Assembly (NCBI GenBank): GCA_965222375.1
Contig: CBDCTZ010000012.1
Span: forward strand, 608,001-672,000
Direction of reading: 5' to 3'
DNA length: 64,000 nucleotides
Source of the DNA: Polyangiaceae bacterium
GTDB taxonomy: Bacteria > Myxococcota_A > Polyangia > Polyangiales > Polyangiaceae
Below the pieces are notes generated by a model that saw only the letters and a program-made list of their open reading frames with translations, did not search any database and was not told the origin of the DNA. This document shows, in pieces, positions 39,486 to 48,799 of the stretch. How positions within the stretch are numbered: the stretch's first letter is position 1; every line of letters starts with the position of its first letter. A program made the position numbers and the translations under genes.

Positions 39486-40163
39486 TCAGTACTGTCCCGG
39501 CCGCTGCTGGATAGTCAGCAGGTTGAACGTGCGCTCCATCGTGGCTTCCAGGTCGTGCTGAATCGCTTTGGCGCGAGTATGCAAGATGATGTGAGTGATC
39601 ATGCAAAACACCGCAATACCGAGACCCAAGGCGGTGTTGTACATGGCTTCGGCGATGCCGTTTGAGAGCATGCGCTGCTTGTCAGCCTGAGACAGCCCCG
39701 GCGCCGCGATAGCAGCGAAGGTTGCGATCAGACCGCTCACCGTTCCGAGAAGCCCGATCAGGGTGGCGATGTTCGCCAGCGACCAGAGCGCGCCGACGCG
39801 CTTTTCAGCCTGCGGCTTCAGCTCCGAAAGCTTCTCACTGAGTGCGGCATCAATTTCATCTGGGCCTTTGTTGGCATGCGTGAGCCCCGACTTCACCAAT
39901 TGCAGAATCGGAAAGTCCTGTGCCTCGCACAGCTTGATTGCGCGATCGATGTTGCCGGCCGCAACCAGCTTCTTGATCTGCGCAAAGAACTCCTTCGAGT
40001 TGACCCGGTACCGTGTCATCTGAAAAATGAAACGTTCCACAACGATGGTCAACACGATGGCTGAACAGATCAAGTTCATCACCATGAAGGTCGGGTTGTG
40101 CTTGAAGGCCTCGACCAACTGGCTAGAACCGGTACTTTGAGCCGCAACGAGCAGAAGCTGCAT
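39486..40163 (-). CDS. MotA/TolQ/ExbB proton channel protein (AglR-like, second motor)
   Basis: IVVER, ATLIGLLGTVSGLI, GIAEAMYNTALGL. Confidence 0.93.
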   Translation of the reverse strand: MQLLLVAAQSTGSSQLVEAFKHNPTFMVMNLICSAIVLTIVVERFIFQMTRYRVNSKEFFAQIKKLVAAGNIDRAIKLCEAQDFPILQLVKSGLTHANKGPDEIDAALSEKLSELKPQAEKRVGALWSLANIATLIGLLGTVSGLIATFAAIAAPGLSQADKQRMLSNGIAEAMYNTALGLGIAVFCMITHIILHTRAKAIQHDLEATMERTFNLLTIQQRPGQY

Positions 40164-40222
40164 TCCGTTATCCCTCTTCTTCAGAGCTACTGACGGCGCG
40201 AATGCCGCGCACAGGCCCGGCG

Positions 40223-40252
40223 ACTATAGCCGCCGCGTTGTTACGGGTGCAA
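40223..40252 (-). promoter_or_regulatory. Putative sigma70-type promoter of the minus-strand motor operon
   Basis: Minus strand reads TTGCAC-18 nt-TATAGT, about 60 nt upstream of the ATG. Confidence 0.5.
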
Positions 40253-40742
40253 GACGACGATGCGTCCAATCCAAAACAGATTTTGACTCGCAGTTCCGGC
40301 GGGTTACCAGACCGTCAAGGCGATGACGCGGCGGTCCGGCCCTCAGGGCGCTCCTTCGAGCCCCTCCTTACATAAGCCCATACGGAGGAGGAGCGCGGGT
40401 CGGATGGGGGTCCATGGCCCAATCCGTGCTGGCTGGTGGCTGGCCGAGCCCGGTTCTAGGGACTCTGGGCCCGGGCCGGGCATCTGCCAGGGGGGGTTAT
40501 GTCGCCTTGACACTCAGCCTGTAACTTTTCGCCCAGACACGAACTCGCTCTAGGTACCCAAACTCTCTTGACCTTTTCGGGTCTGCCTGAGCAAGATGGC
40601 GCAGTCTTCTACCGCGCCATTTCTCGGTGGAGGACCCCATTTCGATGACCGCCGGGGACGTCAAGGAAGCGCGAATTTATGCCGCGTAACCAAGAAAGCC
40701 CGGCAAACCCGGAAAAGAGCACCACCGGAAGGTAACCGAACA

Positions 40743-41402
40743 ATGTCGAAACTCTGGCATCACTACCAGGCAGGCGGTTGGGCCATGTGGCTCATCCTAT
40801 TTTGGTTGATCTGCTCGATTGCAGTCATTGCGGAACGCGCCGTCTACCTGTTTGGCGCCTCCATTAACAAAGAGGTCTTCCTCGCAACCATGCAGAAGTG
40901 CATCTTGGCTGGCGACGTCGCCAAGGCCGTGAAGATGGCTTCCGCGGCGAACGCGCCCCTGGCGCGTATCGTTCAGGCGGGTCTCGTCAAGGTCAATCGG
41001 CCAGACGAGGAAGTGCAGGCGGCGATGGACGAAGCTGCACTTCGCGAAATGCCTCGAATCAACAAGCGAACCGGGTACCTGGCTCTGTTTGCGAACCTCG
41101 CGATGCTGTCCGGTCTCTTCGGAACAATCATTGGGTTGATCAAGGCGTTCGGCGCGGTCGGTGGTGAGAGCATCGACCCGAGCCAAAAGGCCCGCATTCT
41201 TGCTGAAGGAATTTCCGAGGCAATGAACTGCACCGCCTTCGGCTTGCTGGCGGCTATCGTCGCGCTGGTCGGTTTCGCGTTCTTGAACGGCAAGACGCAG
41301 TCGCTGGAAGACGACATCAACGAAGCCAGCGTTCAGGTGCTGAACCTCGTGGTGGCTAACCGTCAGAAGGTCAGCCTACAGGGGTTGGAGCAGGCAGCCT
41401 GA
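40743..41402 (+). CDS. aglR: Gliding motor TolQ/ExbB-like subunit AglR
   Basis: ASINKE.F, EVQAAMDEA.LRE.PR...RTGYL, GISEAMNCT, DINE.SV.VLNL.VAN resemble M. xanthus AglR as I recall it. ATG 40743. Confidence 0.82.
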   Translation: MSKLWHHYQAGGWAMWLILFWLICSIAVIAERAVYLFGASINKEVFLATMQKCILAGDVAKAVKMASAANAPLARIVQAGLVKVNRPDEEVQAAMDEAALREMPRINKRTGYLALFANLAMLSGLFGTIIGLIKAFGAVGGESIDPSQKARILAEGISEAMNCTAFGLLAAIVALVGFAFLNGKTQSLEDDINEASVQVLNLVVANRQKVSLQGLEQAA

Positions 41403-41412
41403 GGCACCCGAT

Positions 41413-41445
41413 TCGGGCTTCCCGGAATGATTTCGGGGGGCCCGA
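41413..41445 (+). other. Intercistronic 15-bp RNA hairpin between aglR and aglQ
   Basis: TCGGGCTTCCCGGAA-tga-TTTCGGGGGGCCCGA. The three non-Watson-Crick positions are all G:U on the + strand. Confidence 0.7.
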
Positions 41446-41477
41446 GTTCAACTATCCGAGAGCTATAGGAAGACAAG

Positions 41478-42044
41478 ATGGCTGGAATCGACGCAGGCGG
41501 CGGGCATGGAGGAAAACGCGCCACCAATCACGAAATTCCCCTGATCCCGTTCATCGACTTTCTCTTGTGTTTGGTGGCGTTCCTGCTGGTCACGGCCGTG
41601 TGGTCGCAGATGGCGCGCATCAACGCAGACGCTCGTGTTCCTGGTCCTCCCCGTCCCGAGGACGAGATCCAGAAGCGTGAGAAGGAAAAGCAGCTGCACG
41701 TCGAGATGCGTGGAGAGCGGAAGTTCCAGCTGGTCTGGAAAGAGGGTAGCACGGTCGTCAACACCATCGATGTTGAGCGCAAGCCGGTGAAGGCGGGTGA
41801 AGACACTCAGTATCCCGACCTGGCCAAGAAGATCGAAACCGAATGGACCGCCAACGGCAGCCACCGAGCGGCCACTGACAAGAAGTTTGATCAGGCGGTG
41901 CTTCACACCGACAACACCACGCCGTTCTCCGACGTCATCGCGGTGATCGACGCCATCTACAAACCGCAGCGGGATTTCGCTCCTAGCGGCGGTGGCAAGA
42001 CGGAGAAGGTCCCCGCGTTCAACGTTACCTTTGCGGTGAACTGA
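41478..42044 (+). CDS. aglQ: Gliding motor TolR/ExbD-like subunit AglQ
   Basis: MAG.D.G.G.GGK N-terminus, PFID, TAVWSQ, and position after aglR. Confidence 0.75.
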   Translation: MAGIDAGGGHGGKRATNHEIPLIPFIDFLLCLVAFLLVTAVWSQMARINADARVPGPPRPEDEIQKREKEKQLHVEMRGERKFQLVWKEGSTVVNTIDVERKPVKAGEDTQYPDLAKKIETEWTANGSHRAATDKKFDQAVLHTDNTTPFSDVIAVIDAIYKPQRDFAPSGGGKTEKVPAFNVTFAVN

Positions 42045-42051
42045 AAGAGCC

Positions 42052-42636
42052 ATGTCTGACAAACCCCTACACAGGTTTCACCAACCAATTAGCGTCCCCG
42101 GACGTCGGCTCCTGCACCACATCCCACTGGGGTTCGTGCGGAACAAGGTGTCAGGTGGCGGCACCCGCGCGGTGAACCAAGAGATCCCCCTGATCCCGTT
42201 CATCGACTTTTTGCTCTGCATCGTACTGTTCCTGTTGGCCAGCTTCTCGGCCACCGGGGAACTGCCGATCGACAAGAACGTCAAGCTACCCAAGGCCGAG
42301 AACGTCATGGACATGGTGGAGGCGCCCATGGTGGCCATCACCGGAACCCAGATCCTCGTGGACGGCGTGCCCGCCGGCAACACCCGCGCGATTGAGGAGG
42401 CCAACCGGCTTCAGCGTGTGGATGAGCTCTTCAACATGCTGAAGAACAAGCGGGACCTCTGGAAGCAGATCAACCCAGGCCGACCGTTCCCCGGCGTGGC
42501 GATCCTCCAGGTCGACCGCCGCGTTCCAGCCCTGGTCGTTAAGAGCGTGTTTCAGACTGCGGCTTTCGCCGGGTATCCCAACATCAGTTTCATGGTTGGG
42601 CGGCTCGGAAAAGAAGGTGGCGGCGGCCACGAGTGA
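42052..42636 (+). CDS. aglS: Gliding motor TolR/ExbD-like subunit AglS
   Basis: VPG.R N-terminus, IVLFLLASFSATGE, LP.A.NV, AGYPNISF. Third gene of the triplet. Confidence 0.75.
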   Translation: MSDKPLHRFHQPISVPGRRLLHHIPLGFVRNKVSGGGTRAVNQEIPLIPFIDFLLCIVLFLLASFSATGELPIDKNVKLPKAENVMDMVEAPMVAITGTQILVDGVPAGNTRAIEEANRLQRVDELFNMLKNKRDLWKQINPGRPFPGVAILQVDRRVPALVVKSVFQTAAFAGYPNISFMVGRLGKEGGGGHE

Positions 42637-42716
42637 GCCGCCGCGCTGTCGGTCGGTCCAGGCGCATGCCGCGGGCGCGCTGGGCGTACCGGCCGAGCGA
42701 AAGGTGAGGCGTCCCT

Positions 42717-43847
42717 GTGGCGCGTCGTCGCGAAGAAAAACCCCGAGGCCTTCCGTCCCTAGCTGACGCGCGCGCCGAGCGTCGGCGCGCGATCGTCGGG
42801 GGCAAGGTGCGGGTACGGGCTATGCCCCCGCAATTCTGGCTGTGGGCATTTTTGGCCCTCGGCGTGATGTCGGTAGTGTACTGGAAGTTCGCCCAGGGCA
42901 AGCTCGAGGGGCAGAAGAGCGCCGTGATGGCAAAGCAGCGCGCCATGGCAAAGACGGTTGGCGTGAAGCTGCTGCCCCTGCGCGACCAGGTAGAGAGCTT
43001 CGCGCAGTCCTTGTCCAAGGGCGCGGTAAAGAACGAGATTGCTGACGGGACCAGCTATCGAGCGTTGGCCAAGGCGCCGAGTGTGTACTTGCGTTTGCGC
43101 CAGGAAAACGCGCAGAGCCCCGAGGCCATTCGCAAAGCGGCAGTGCGCTCCTTGCACGACGGTTTCACGTCCTGCTTTTTCATCCGAGACAAGGTACAGA
43201 GCCCGGTGGTGGGCAAGGCCTGCCAATCCTCTGCGGATTGTGCGTCGGGGGAACTCTGCAACGAATACGACCACTGCGGGCCCCCTCCGGAGCCGTTCAA
43301 CATGCGGTTGGCCTACCGTTCGTTGCGGGTGCTGTCTAGCGCTTGGACAGATGAGCTGCACCAGGCCGAGAGTGAACTGGCGGTCCTCGCGTACGAGCGG
43401 GATCTGGATCGAGTGACTCAGGAAGACGTGCCCATCGCGGCGAAGATCCTGGTCCGCGCGAAGAACTTCGTGTTGGTTTTAGACGAGGATCCTCCCACCG
43501 GGCTGCCCGAAACGAACGTGGATCAGGACGCCGGCGGCTATGAGAGCGAGGAGGAACGCGTCCAGCGGGTGCCACATTTCGTCCGCGTAGGCGTGTGGGA
43601 ACTGGCGAGTGGTAGACAACTCCTGAAGTTGCGCCGCCGGGCGGAAGGGCGCGTCGTTCCAGTTGGCAAACAAGTCGTGACCCGCGCCGAAACGGTCAAT
43701 GCCCAGCAGCGCCAGGCCATGAGCTGCGCGTTGGCGTTGGATCTGAAGAACGTTTTGAAGTCCGACACCGGGGCAGGTGGGGCAGCGGGTGGAGGTGCGG
43801 ATGCTGGGGGGCCGGATGGCGGCTCCACTAAGGCACCGGCGCCCTAG
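42717..43847 (+). CDS. Hypothetical membrane-anchored protein with small Cys module
   Basis: Basic N-terminus, one TM (FWLWAFLALGVMSVVYW), CQSSADCASGELCNEYDHC. Confidence 0.7.
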   Translation: MARRREEKPRGLPSLADARAERRRAIVGGKVRVRAMPPQFWLWAFLALGVMSVVYWKFAQGKLEGQKSAVMAKQRAMAKTVGVKLLPLRDQVESFAQSLSKGAVKNEIADGTSYRALAKAPSVYLRLRQENAQSPEAIRKAAVRSLHDGFTSCFFIRDKVQSPVVGKACQSSADCASGELCNEYDHCGPPPEPFNMRLAYRSLRVLSSAWTDELHQAESELAVLAYERDLDRVTQEDVPIAAKILVRAKNFVLVLDEDPPTGLPETNVDQDAGGYESEEERVQRVPHFVRVGVWELASGRQLLKLRRRAEGRVVPVGKQVVTRAETVNAQQRQAMSCALALDLKNVLKSDTGAGGAAGGGADAGGPDGGSTKAPAP

Positions 43848-44349
43848 CGATCACGAAAACGATTTGACTCAACCGCCGTTCGGAATTCTCGCGTGCAGCA
43901 AAACACGCGCGCTTCAGATAGAGGGTTCCGCGCTCGAGGCCTGCGGACAGGTCGGCACGACAACAGTCACCGGCGCATTGACTCAGTTCCGGTACTCGTA
44001 GTCCTCCCGGATAGCGACAACTCGCGCCTACGCAGTCCAGCTCCTTCTTCAGTTGGCTCAACCATCTCTTGGAAGCGTCACGAGACTTCAGGACCGCGAA
44101 CTCACGCTCATCGGTTTCGACCAAGGTATCTCGGGTTTCTATGTGAACGTCCGCGGCTGTCGCAACCAAAGGCGCCAGCAGACCGCTGCTCCGGGCGAGC
44201 AAGGCCTGGCGAAGTTGGACGCTCAGGGACCGTGCCGTGTCGGGTGCGACGGATGGTGCTGCCGAGTCGTGCTGGGGGCTGGGAGATGAGTTACACGCCG
44301 CGCCGCTGAGAGCAACGCCAATAGCGAGGACCAAGCGCTCAAATGTCAC
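43828..44349 (-). CDS. Hypothetical lipoprotein
   Basis: Lipobox-like GAAC and several Cys. Overlaps the stop of the ABC ATPase gene. Confidence 0.5.
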   Translation of the reverse strand: MTFERLVLAIGVALSGAACNSSPSPQHDSAAPSVAPDTARSLSVQLRQALLARSSGLLAPLVATAADVHIETRDTLVETDEREFAVLKSRDASKRWLSQLKKELDCVGASCRYPGGLRVPELSQCAGDCCRADLSAGLERGTLYLKRACFAARENSERRLSQIVFVIARAPVP

Positions 44350-45178
44350 GCCCGAACTCCGGGCCGCGTTTGGCTAGCGGCCTTTGGGGGGCCGGACGGT
44401 CGTCGCTTTCCTCGCGGGCAATCTTTTCGATCTCGACCTGCAGTTCGCGAGCCACCTTGGTGACCAGCAGGGATAGATTGCGATCGTGGGGATCCCTCGG
44501 GCGGGGCAAGTCGGCCTCGACGTCCAATCGCAGCTTGATTCGCCCCGGTCGGGTGCCCATTACCACGACGTCCGTCGCCAGCCGAACGGCCTCGCGGTTG
44601 TCGTGGGTGATGAAGATGATGGTCGCCCCGGTACGCCGCCATGCGCTTTCGACCTCTTGCTGCAGAAGCTCGCGCGTGTGGGCGTCCAGGGCGGCAAAGG
44701 GCTCGTCCATCAACATGACCTTTGGCTCCATGACCAGTGCCCGGGCGATGGCCGTGCGTGCTCGCATGCCGCCGGACAGCTCGTGGGGCTGCGAACTGCG
44801 GAAGCGGTATAGGTGTACCAGTCTCAGTGCGTCCTCGACCCGCCTGTGCCGCTCTTCGGTCGAAACATCGAGCTGTTCGAGGGGAAACGCGACGTTGTCT
44901 TCCACACTGAGCCAAGGAAAGAGCGCAGGGTCCTGGAACAACACGACACGATCTGGACCCGGGCCGAGGATGGGCTGCCCGTCGATGAGTACTTGGCCAC
45001 TGTCCGGCCGCTCGAAGCCGGCGATGAGGTTGAGCAAGGTCGTCTTGCCGCAGCCGGACGGCCCGACCAGGCAGACGAACCGACCGCTGTCGATGTCGAG
45101 GTTGACCTCGGCCAAGGCCGTGTGCTTGCCGTCTCTCCCCGTGAAGGATTTGGTTACTGCTGAAAGAGAGACCTGCAT
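44339..45178 (-). CDS. ABC transporter ATP-binding protein (NitT/TauT/SsuB type)
   Basis: [33 protein letters not shown]. Confidence 0.95.
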   Translation of the reverse strand: MQVSLSAVTKSFTGRDGKHTALAEVNLDIDSGRFVCLVGPSGCGKTTLLNLIAGFERPDSGQVLIDGQPILGPGPDRVVLFQDPALFPWLSVEDNVAFPLEQLDVSTEERHRRVEDALRLVHLYRFRSSQPHELSGGMRARTAIARALVMEPKVMLMDEPFAALDAHTRELLQQEVESAWRRTGATIIFITHDNREAVRLATDVVVMGTRPGRIKLRLDVEADLPRPRDPHDRNLSLLVTKVARELQVEIEKIAREESDDRPAPQRPLAKRGPEFGRDI

Positions 45179-45232
45179 GCCCCGCAAGCCTAGCCTTGCT
45201 GGCGGGTGGCCCCAAGGCCGACTGGGATCACG

Positions 45233-48200
45233 TCAGCCGCCCGGAGCGCCGAAACCCCCTCCCCCGGGGGTCTCGATGCACAAGTGGCTACCTGCCCGAG
45301 CGACAAACCCCTCGCTGCCCGCCAGGAGTACGCCGTCTAGGCTGCTTTTGCCAGCTGCTCCCGGGGCGCCGCCGCGCAGCCCAAAAGGTCTCGTTTTTCG
45401 CCTTTCGGCGATCACGGCACCTTGCATGTCCTCCAGCAAGACCAGCTCTCGAATCACTCCGTCGCCGCCGCTCTGGCGGCCTGCTCCCCCAGAACCTCGA
45501 CGCAGACAGAAGCGTAGTAGGCGCAAGGGGAACCGGGTCTCTAGAACCTCCGGATCCGTGATCCGCGTATTGGTCATATGCGTGTGCACCCCCGAAGCAC
45601 CTCCGTGGTTTTCCCCGGCGCCGGCACCCCCAGCAATCGTCTCATAGTAGGCAAAACGATCGTTGCCCAGGGTGACGTTGTTCATTGTGCCTTGGCTCGC
45701 CGCGCAGAGCTCTGCGGCACCCAGCAGAACATCTACGATTCGTTGAGAGGTTTCCACGTTGCCAGCAGCGACGGCGGAGCCCGACGGTGGGTCCAGCAAT
45801 GAACCGGCGGGAATGTGGATATCTACGGGCTCGAGGCAGCCGCTGTTGAGGGGAATGCGGTGTCCGACCAGAGTCCGCAGGAAGTAAATCACTGCCGCGA
45901 TCGTGACAGCCCGAGGCGCGTTGAAGTTGCCGGCATGCGCTGGCGCTGTTCCCGAGAAATCGACGCGTAGTCGATCGCCTCGGGTCTCGAGGCTGACGCT
46001 AACGATGGCGCCGTCGTCTAGGCGGTCCCTAAAGCTGCGCGCCACGGACGGCATATGCGAGATTTCGCGACGGACACGTTCGGCCGCATCGTCGCGAACG
46101 TGATTCATGTACGCGAAGACGATCTCGGACCCGTAGGTCTGACTCAGTTCGCCGAGAAGTGCTGCGCCCCGTTGGTTGGCGGCGAGTTGGGCTTTCAGAT
46201 CCGCAATGTTGGTGTTGGGATTACGCGCCGGAAATGGGCCTCCGGTCAGAACCTTGCGCACCGCTTCCTCGTCAAACTCGCCCTCGCGCACGGCGGGCAG
46301 CCCGCTGAAGACGACTCCCTCTTCTGCGAGCTTCGTGGAGGCTGGAGGCATGGATCCCGGGCTGGACCCGCCCACGTCGGCGTGGTGGCCGCGGCTGGCG
46401 GTGAAGAAACTCAGCTTCCCTGAGGCGCCGAAAACGGGTGTCACGACGGTGATGTCTGGAAGGTGCGAGCCGCCCAACGCAGGGTCGTTGCTGATGTACG
46501 CAGTCCCAGGCTGAATGCGGGGATGCAGGCGGAGGAGGCTCTGCACCGTTTCGCCCATGGCCCCTAGGTGCACCGGGATGTGGGGAGCATTGGCGACGAG
46601 TCGACCCTCCCGGTCGAATACAGCGCAGGAGTAGTCTCGCCGATCCACGATGTTGGTGCTGTGGGCAGTGCGTCGGAGGGACTCCCCCATCTGTTCGGCA
46701 ATGCTCATGAAGGCGTTGCCAAATATCTCGAGAAGCACGGGATCTCGCAGGGATACGTCGCGCTTGCCGTGCAGCTCCGGTGCGGTCTGGGTAGAATCTG
46801 CCTGGTCCTCGGCCACCAGGAGCCCATCGCTCCGGAGCTCGAGGCTGAATCCGGGCTCGACGACCAAAGTGGCAGTGGCCTCCGCAATGATCACAGGTCC
46901 GCTGAAGGGTTGCCCTATCGCGAGCGCCTCCCGGTCGTAGACGGGAACCTCTTCCAGCCAGCGCCCCTCGCAGTACAGCCGTGCCGTCTGGCGCTTTCGA
47001 GTGGCATCGGGCGGTGCTTCGGTGGTTGGTACCACCGAAGCACTGCCCGAGTAGCGGCCGCGCACGCGAATGGTTATCACCTCAACGGGCGAGTCTCGGC
47101 GGGCGAAGCCGAACGCCTGCTCGTGATCTGCGTGGAACCGTCCTGCCAGCTCAGGCAGTGCGCCAGCGCTAACGGTCAAAGCGTGCTCCGAGCCTACGTA
47201 GCGGAGGTCGAAGATCCGTTGCACCGCGCATTCTTCCTCGCGCGCGCCGTCGGCAATCAGCTCGGCGCGTACCTTGGCTTCGAGGGCTCGGAAGCTGGGT
47301 TCCAAGTCTATCAAGGTTTCGGCATCCAGCGGCTGCGCGGCTGCGTCGGCTTCTGCGTGGCTCACGACATCCGACAGCCCCAAGCCGCAGGCGGACAGCA
47401 CCCCGGCCCAGGGGTGGAAGACGACCTGGCGGATCCCGAGACGCCGAGCCAGAGCGCAAGCGTGCTGCCCTCCGGCGCCACCGAAGACCACGAGACTATG
47501 GTTGCGGGGGTCGTGCCCCCTCAGGGCGCTGACCTTGCGCAGCGCTTCGGCCATGTTGGCGTTGGCGACGTGAAAGAAACCTTCGGCCAGGTCATGAATC
47601 GAACGAGAGGTCCCGGAACTCATTTTTCGCAGCGCCTGCTCGGCCCGCCCGGGGTCGAGGGGGAAGGGGAACCGATTGGGCAGCAGGCGGCCGAGTACGA
47701 GATTGATGTCTGTGAGCGTCAAGTCTTCAGCCGTGGGGTCGCCATAGCAGAGCGGCCCCGGCGTCGCTCCTGCGCTCTCGGGTCCTACGCACAGCCGACT
47801 GATGTCTTCACGGCAGATCGACCCGCCTCCTGCCGCAACAGTTTCGATTCGTAGAAGGGGCGCTCGAATGGCAACCCCGGCGACTTCGGTTTCGTAATCG
47901 GTTTCGTAGTGATCGGCGAAGCGCGAAACGTCCGTGGACGTGCCGCCCATGTCGAAGCCGAGGCTCGGGCCGAGCCCGGCGGTGTTGACGAGATGTGCCA
48001 GCGCCACCACTCCCCCGGCAGGGCCTGATAGCACCGCACTGGGGCCACGAAAGCGACTCGGACCGACCAGCCCGCCGCTCGACTGCATGACGCGCAGGGT
48101 GGAATCGGCGCTCAGCTGTGCCCGGAGCGCGTCGACGTGGGCCTTGCAGATGGGCGTGAGCGCTGCGTCCAAAACGCAAGTGCTGCTGCGTTCCAAGTAC

Positions 48201-48799
48201 CCGAGTTCATTGGAAATTTCGTGAGAAAGCGCTACATGAGCAAAGCCGAGATCGCGAGCGATTTTCCCGATCCGACGTTCGTGCTCGGCGTTGACCACTG
48301 CATGCAGCAGGCTCACGGCGACGCTGCGGATGCCTAGTGCGAGCCATTCGACCAGTCGCGTTTCGACGGCCGCCTCATTCACGGGGCGCAGGCTGCGACC
48401 GCTGGCGTCCAAGCGAGCACTGACACCTGCCACGGCGCTATACAGGGCCGCGGGCTTCTGAATGTCCAGACCGAACAGCTCAGGCCTGGCCTGAGTGCCA
48501 ATCAAGAGCAGATCTTCGAAGCCCTCGGTCAGCAGTAGACCGCATGCGGCACCGCGGCGCTGTAGCAAGGCGTTGGTCGCCACGGTCGTGCCGAGCCGGA
48601 TATCACAGGAAGGAATGGCGTCATCGGTGCCGAGGCCGAGCAAAGTTCGGATACCGATAATGGGGGCGAGATCCGACGAAAGAACCTTGGTGATCCGCGT
48701 CTTGTCCGTGCCCGGTTCGACACCGATGCAATCCGTGAAGGTGCCTCCGCGGTCGATCCAGAACTTCCAGCGTGCGGCCGCTGGGGACGTGGGGTTCAT
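45233..48799 (-). CDS. ATP-dependent 5-oxoprolinase / hydantoinase A-B fusion
   Basis: [58 protein letters not shown]. Confidence 0.94.
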   Translation of the reverse strand: MNPTSPAAARWKFWIDRGGTFTDCIGVEPGTDKTRITKVLSSDLAPIIGIRTLLGLGTDDAIPSCDIRLGTTVATNALLQRRGAACGLLLTEGFEDLLLIGTQARPELFGLDIQKPAALYSAVAGVSARLDASGRSLRPVNEAAVETRLVEWLALGIRSVAVSLLHAVVNAEHERRIGKIARDLGFAHVALSHEISNELGYLERSSTCVLDAALTPICKAHVDALRAQLSADSTLRVMQSSGGLVGPSRFRGPSAVLSGPAGGVVALAHLVNTAGLGPSLGFDMGGTSTDVSRFADHYETDYETEVAGVAIRAPLLRIETVAAGGGSICREDISRLCVGPESAGATPGPLCYGDPTAEDLTLTDINLVLGRLLPNRFPFPLDPGRAEQALRKMSSGTSRSIHDLAEGFFHVANANMAEALRKVSALRGHDPRNHSLVVFGGAGGQHACALARRLGIRQVVFHPWAGVLSACGLGLSDVVSHAEADAAAQPLDAETLIDLEPSFRALEAKVRAELIADGAREEECAVQRIFDLRYVGSEHALTVSAGALPELAGRFHADHEQAFGFARRDSPVEVITIRVRGRYSGSASVVPTTEAPPDATRKRQTARLYCEGRWLEEVPVYDREALAIGQPFSGPVIIAEATATLVVEPGFSLELRSDGLLVAEDQADSTQTAPELHGKRDVSLRDPVLLEIFGNAFMSIAEQMGESLRRTAHSTNIVDRRDYSCAVFDREGRLVANAPHIPVHLGAMGETVQSLLRLHPRIQPGTAYISNDPALGGSHLPDITVVTPVFGASGKLSFFTASRGHHADVGGSSPGSMPPASTKLAEEGVVFSGLPAVREGEFDEEAVRKVLTGGPFPARNPNTNIADLKAQLAANQRGAALLGELSQTYGSEIVFAYMNHVRDDAAERVRREISHMPSVARSFRDRLDDGAIVSVSLETRGDRLRVDFSGTAPAHAGNFNAPRAVTIAAVIYFLRTLVGHRIPLNSGCLEPVDIHIPAGSLLDPPSGSAVAAGNVETSQRIVDVLLGAAELCAASQGTMNNVTLGNDRFAYYETIAGGAGAGENHGGASGVHTHMTNTRITDPEVLETRFPLRLLRFCLRRGSGGAGRQSGGDGVIRELVLLEDMQGAVIAERRKTRPFGLRGGAPGAAGKSSLDGVLLAGSEGFVARAGSHLCIETPGGGGFGAPGG

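Noticed and set aside
40695..40735. GGCAAACCCGGAAAAG upstream of aglR, resembling a c-di-GMP-I riboswitch 5' half
   Set aside because: There is no complementary strand to close the stem and no downstream GCAAAG element.
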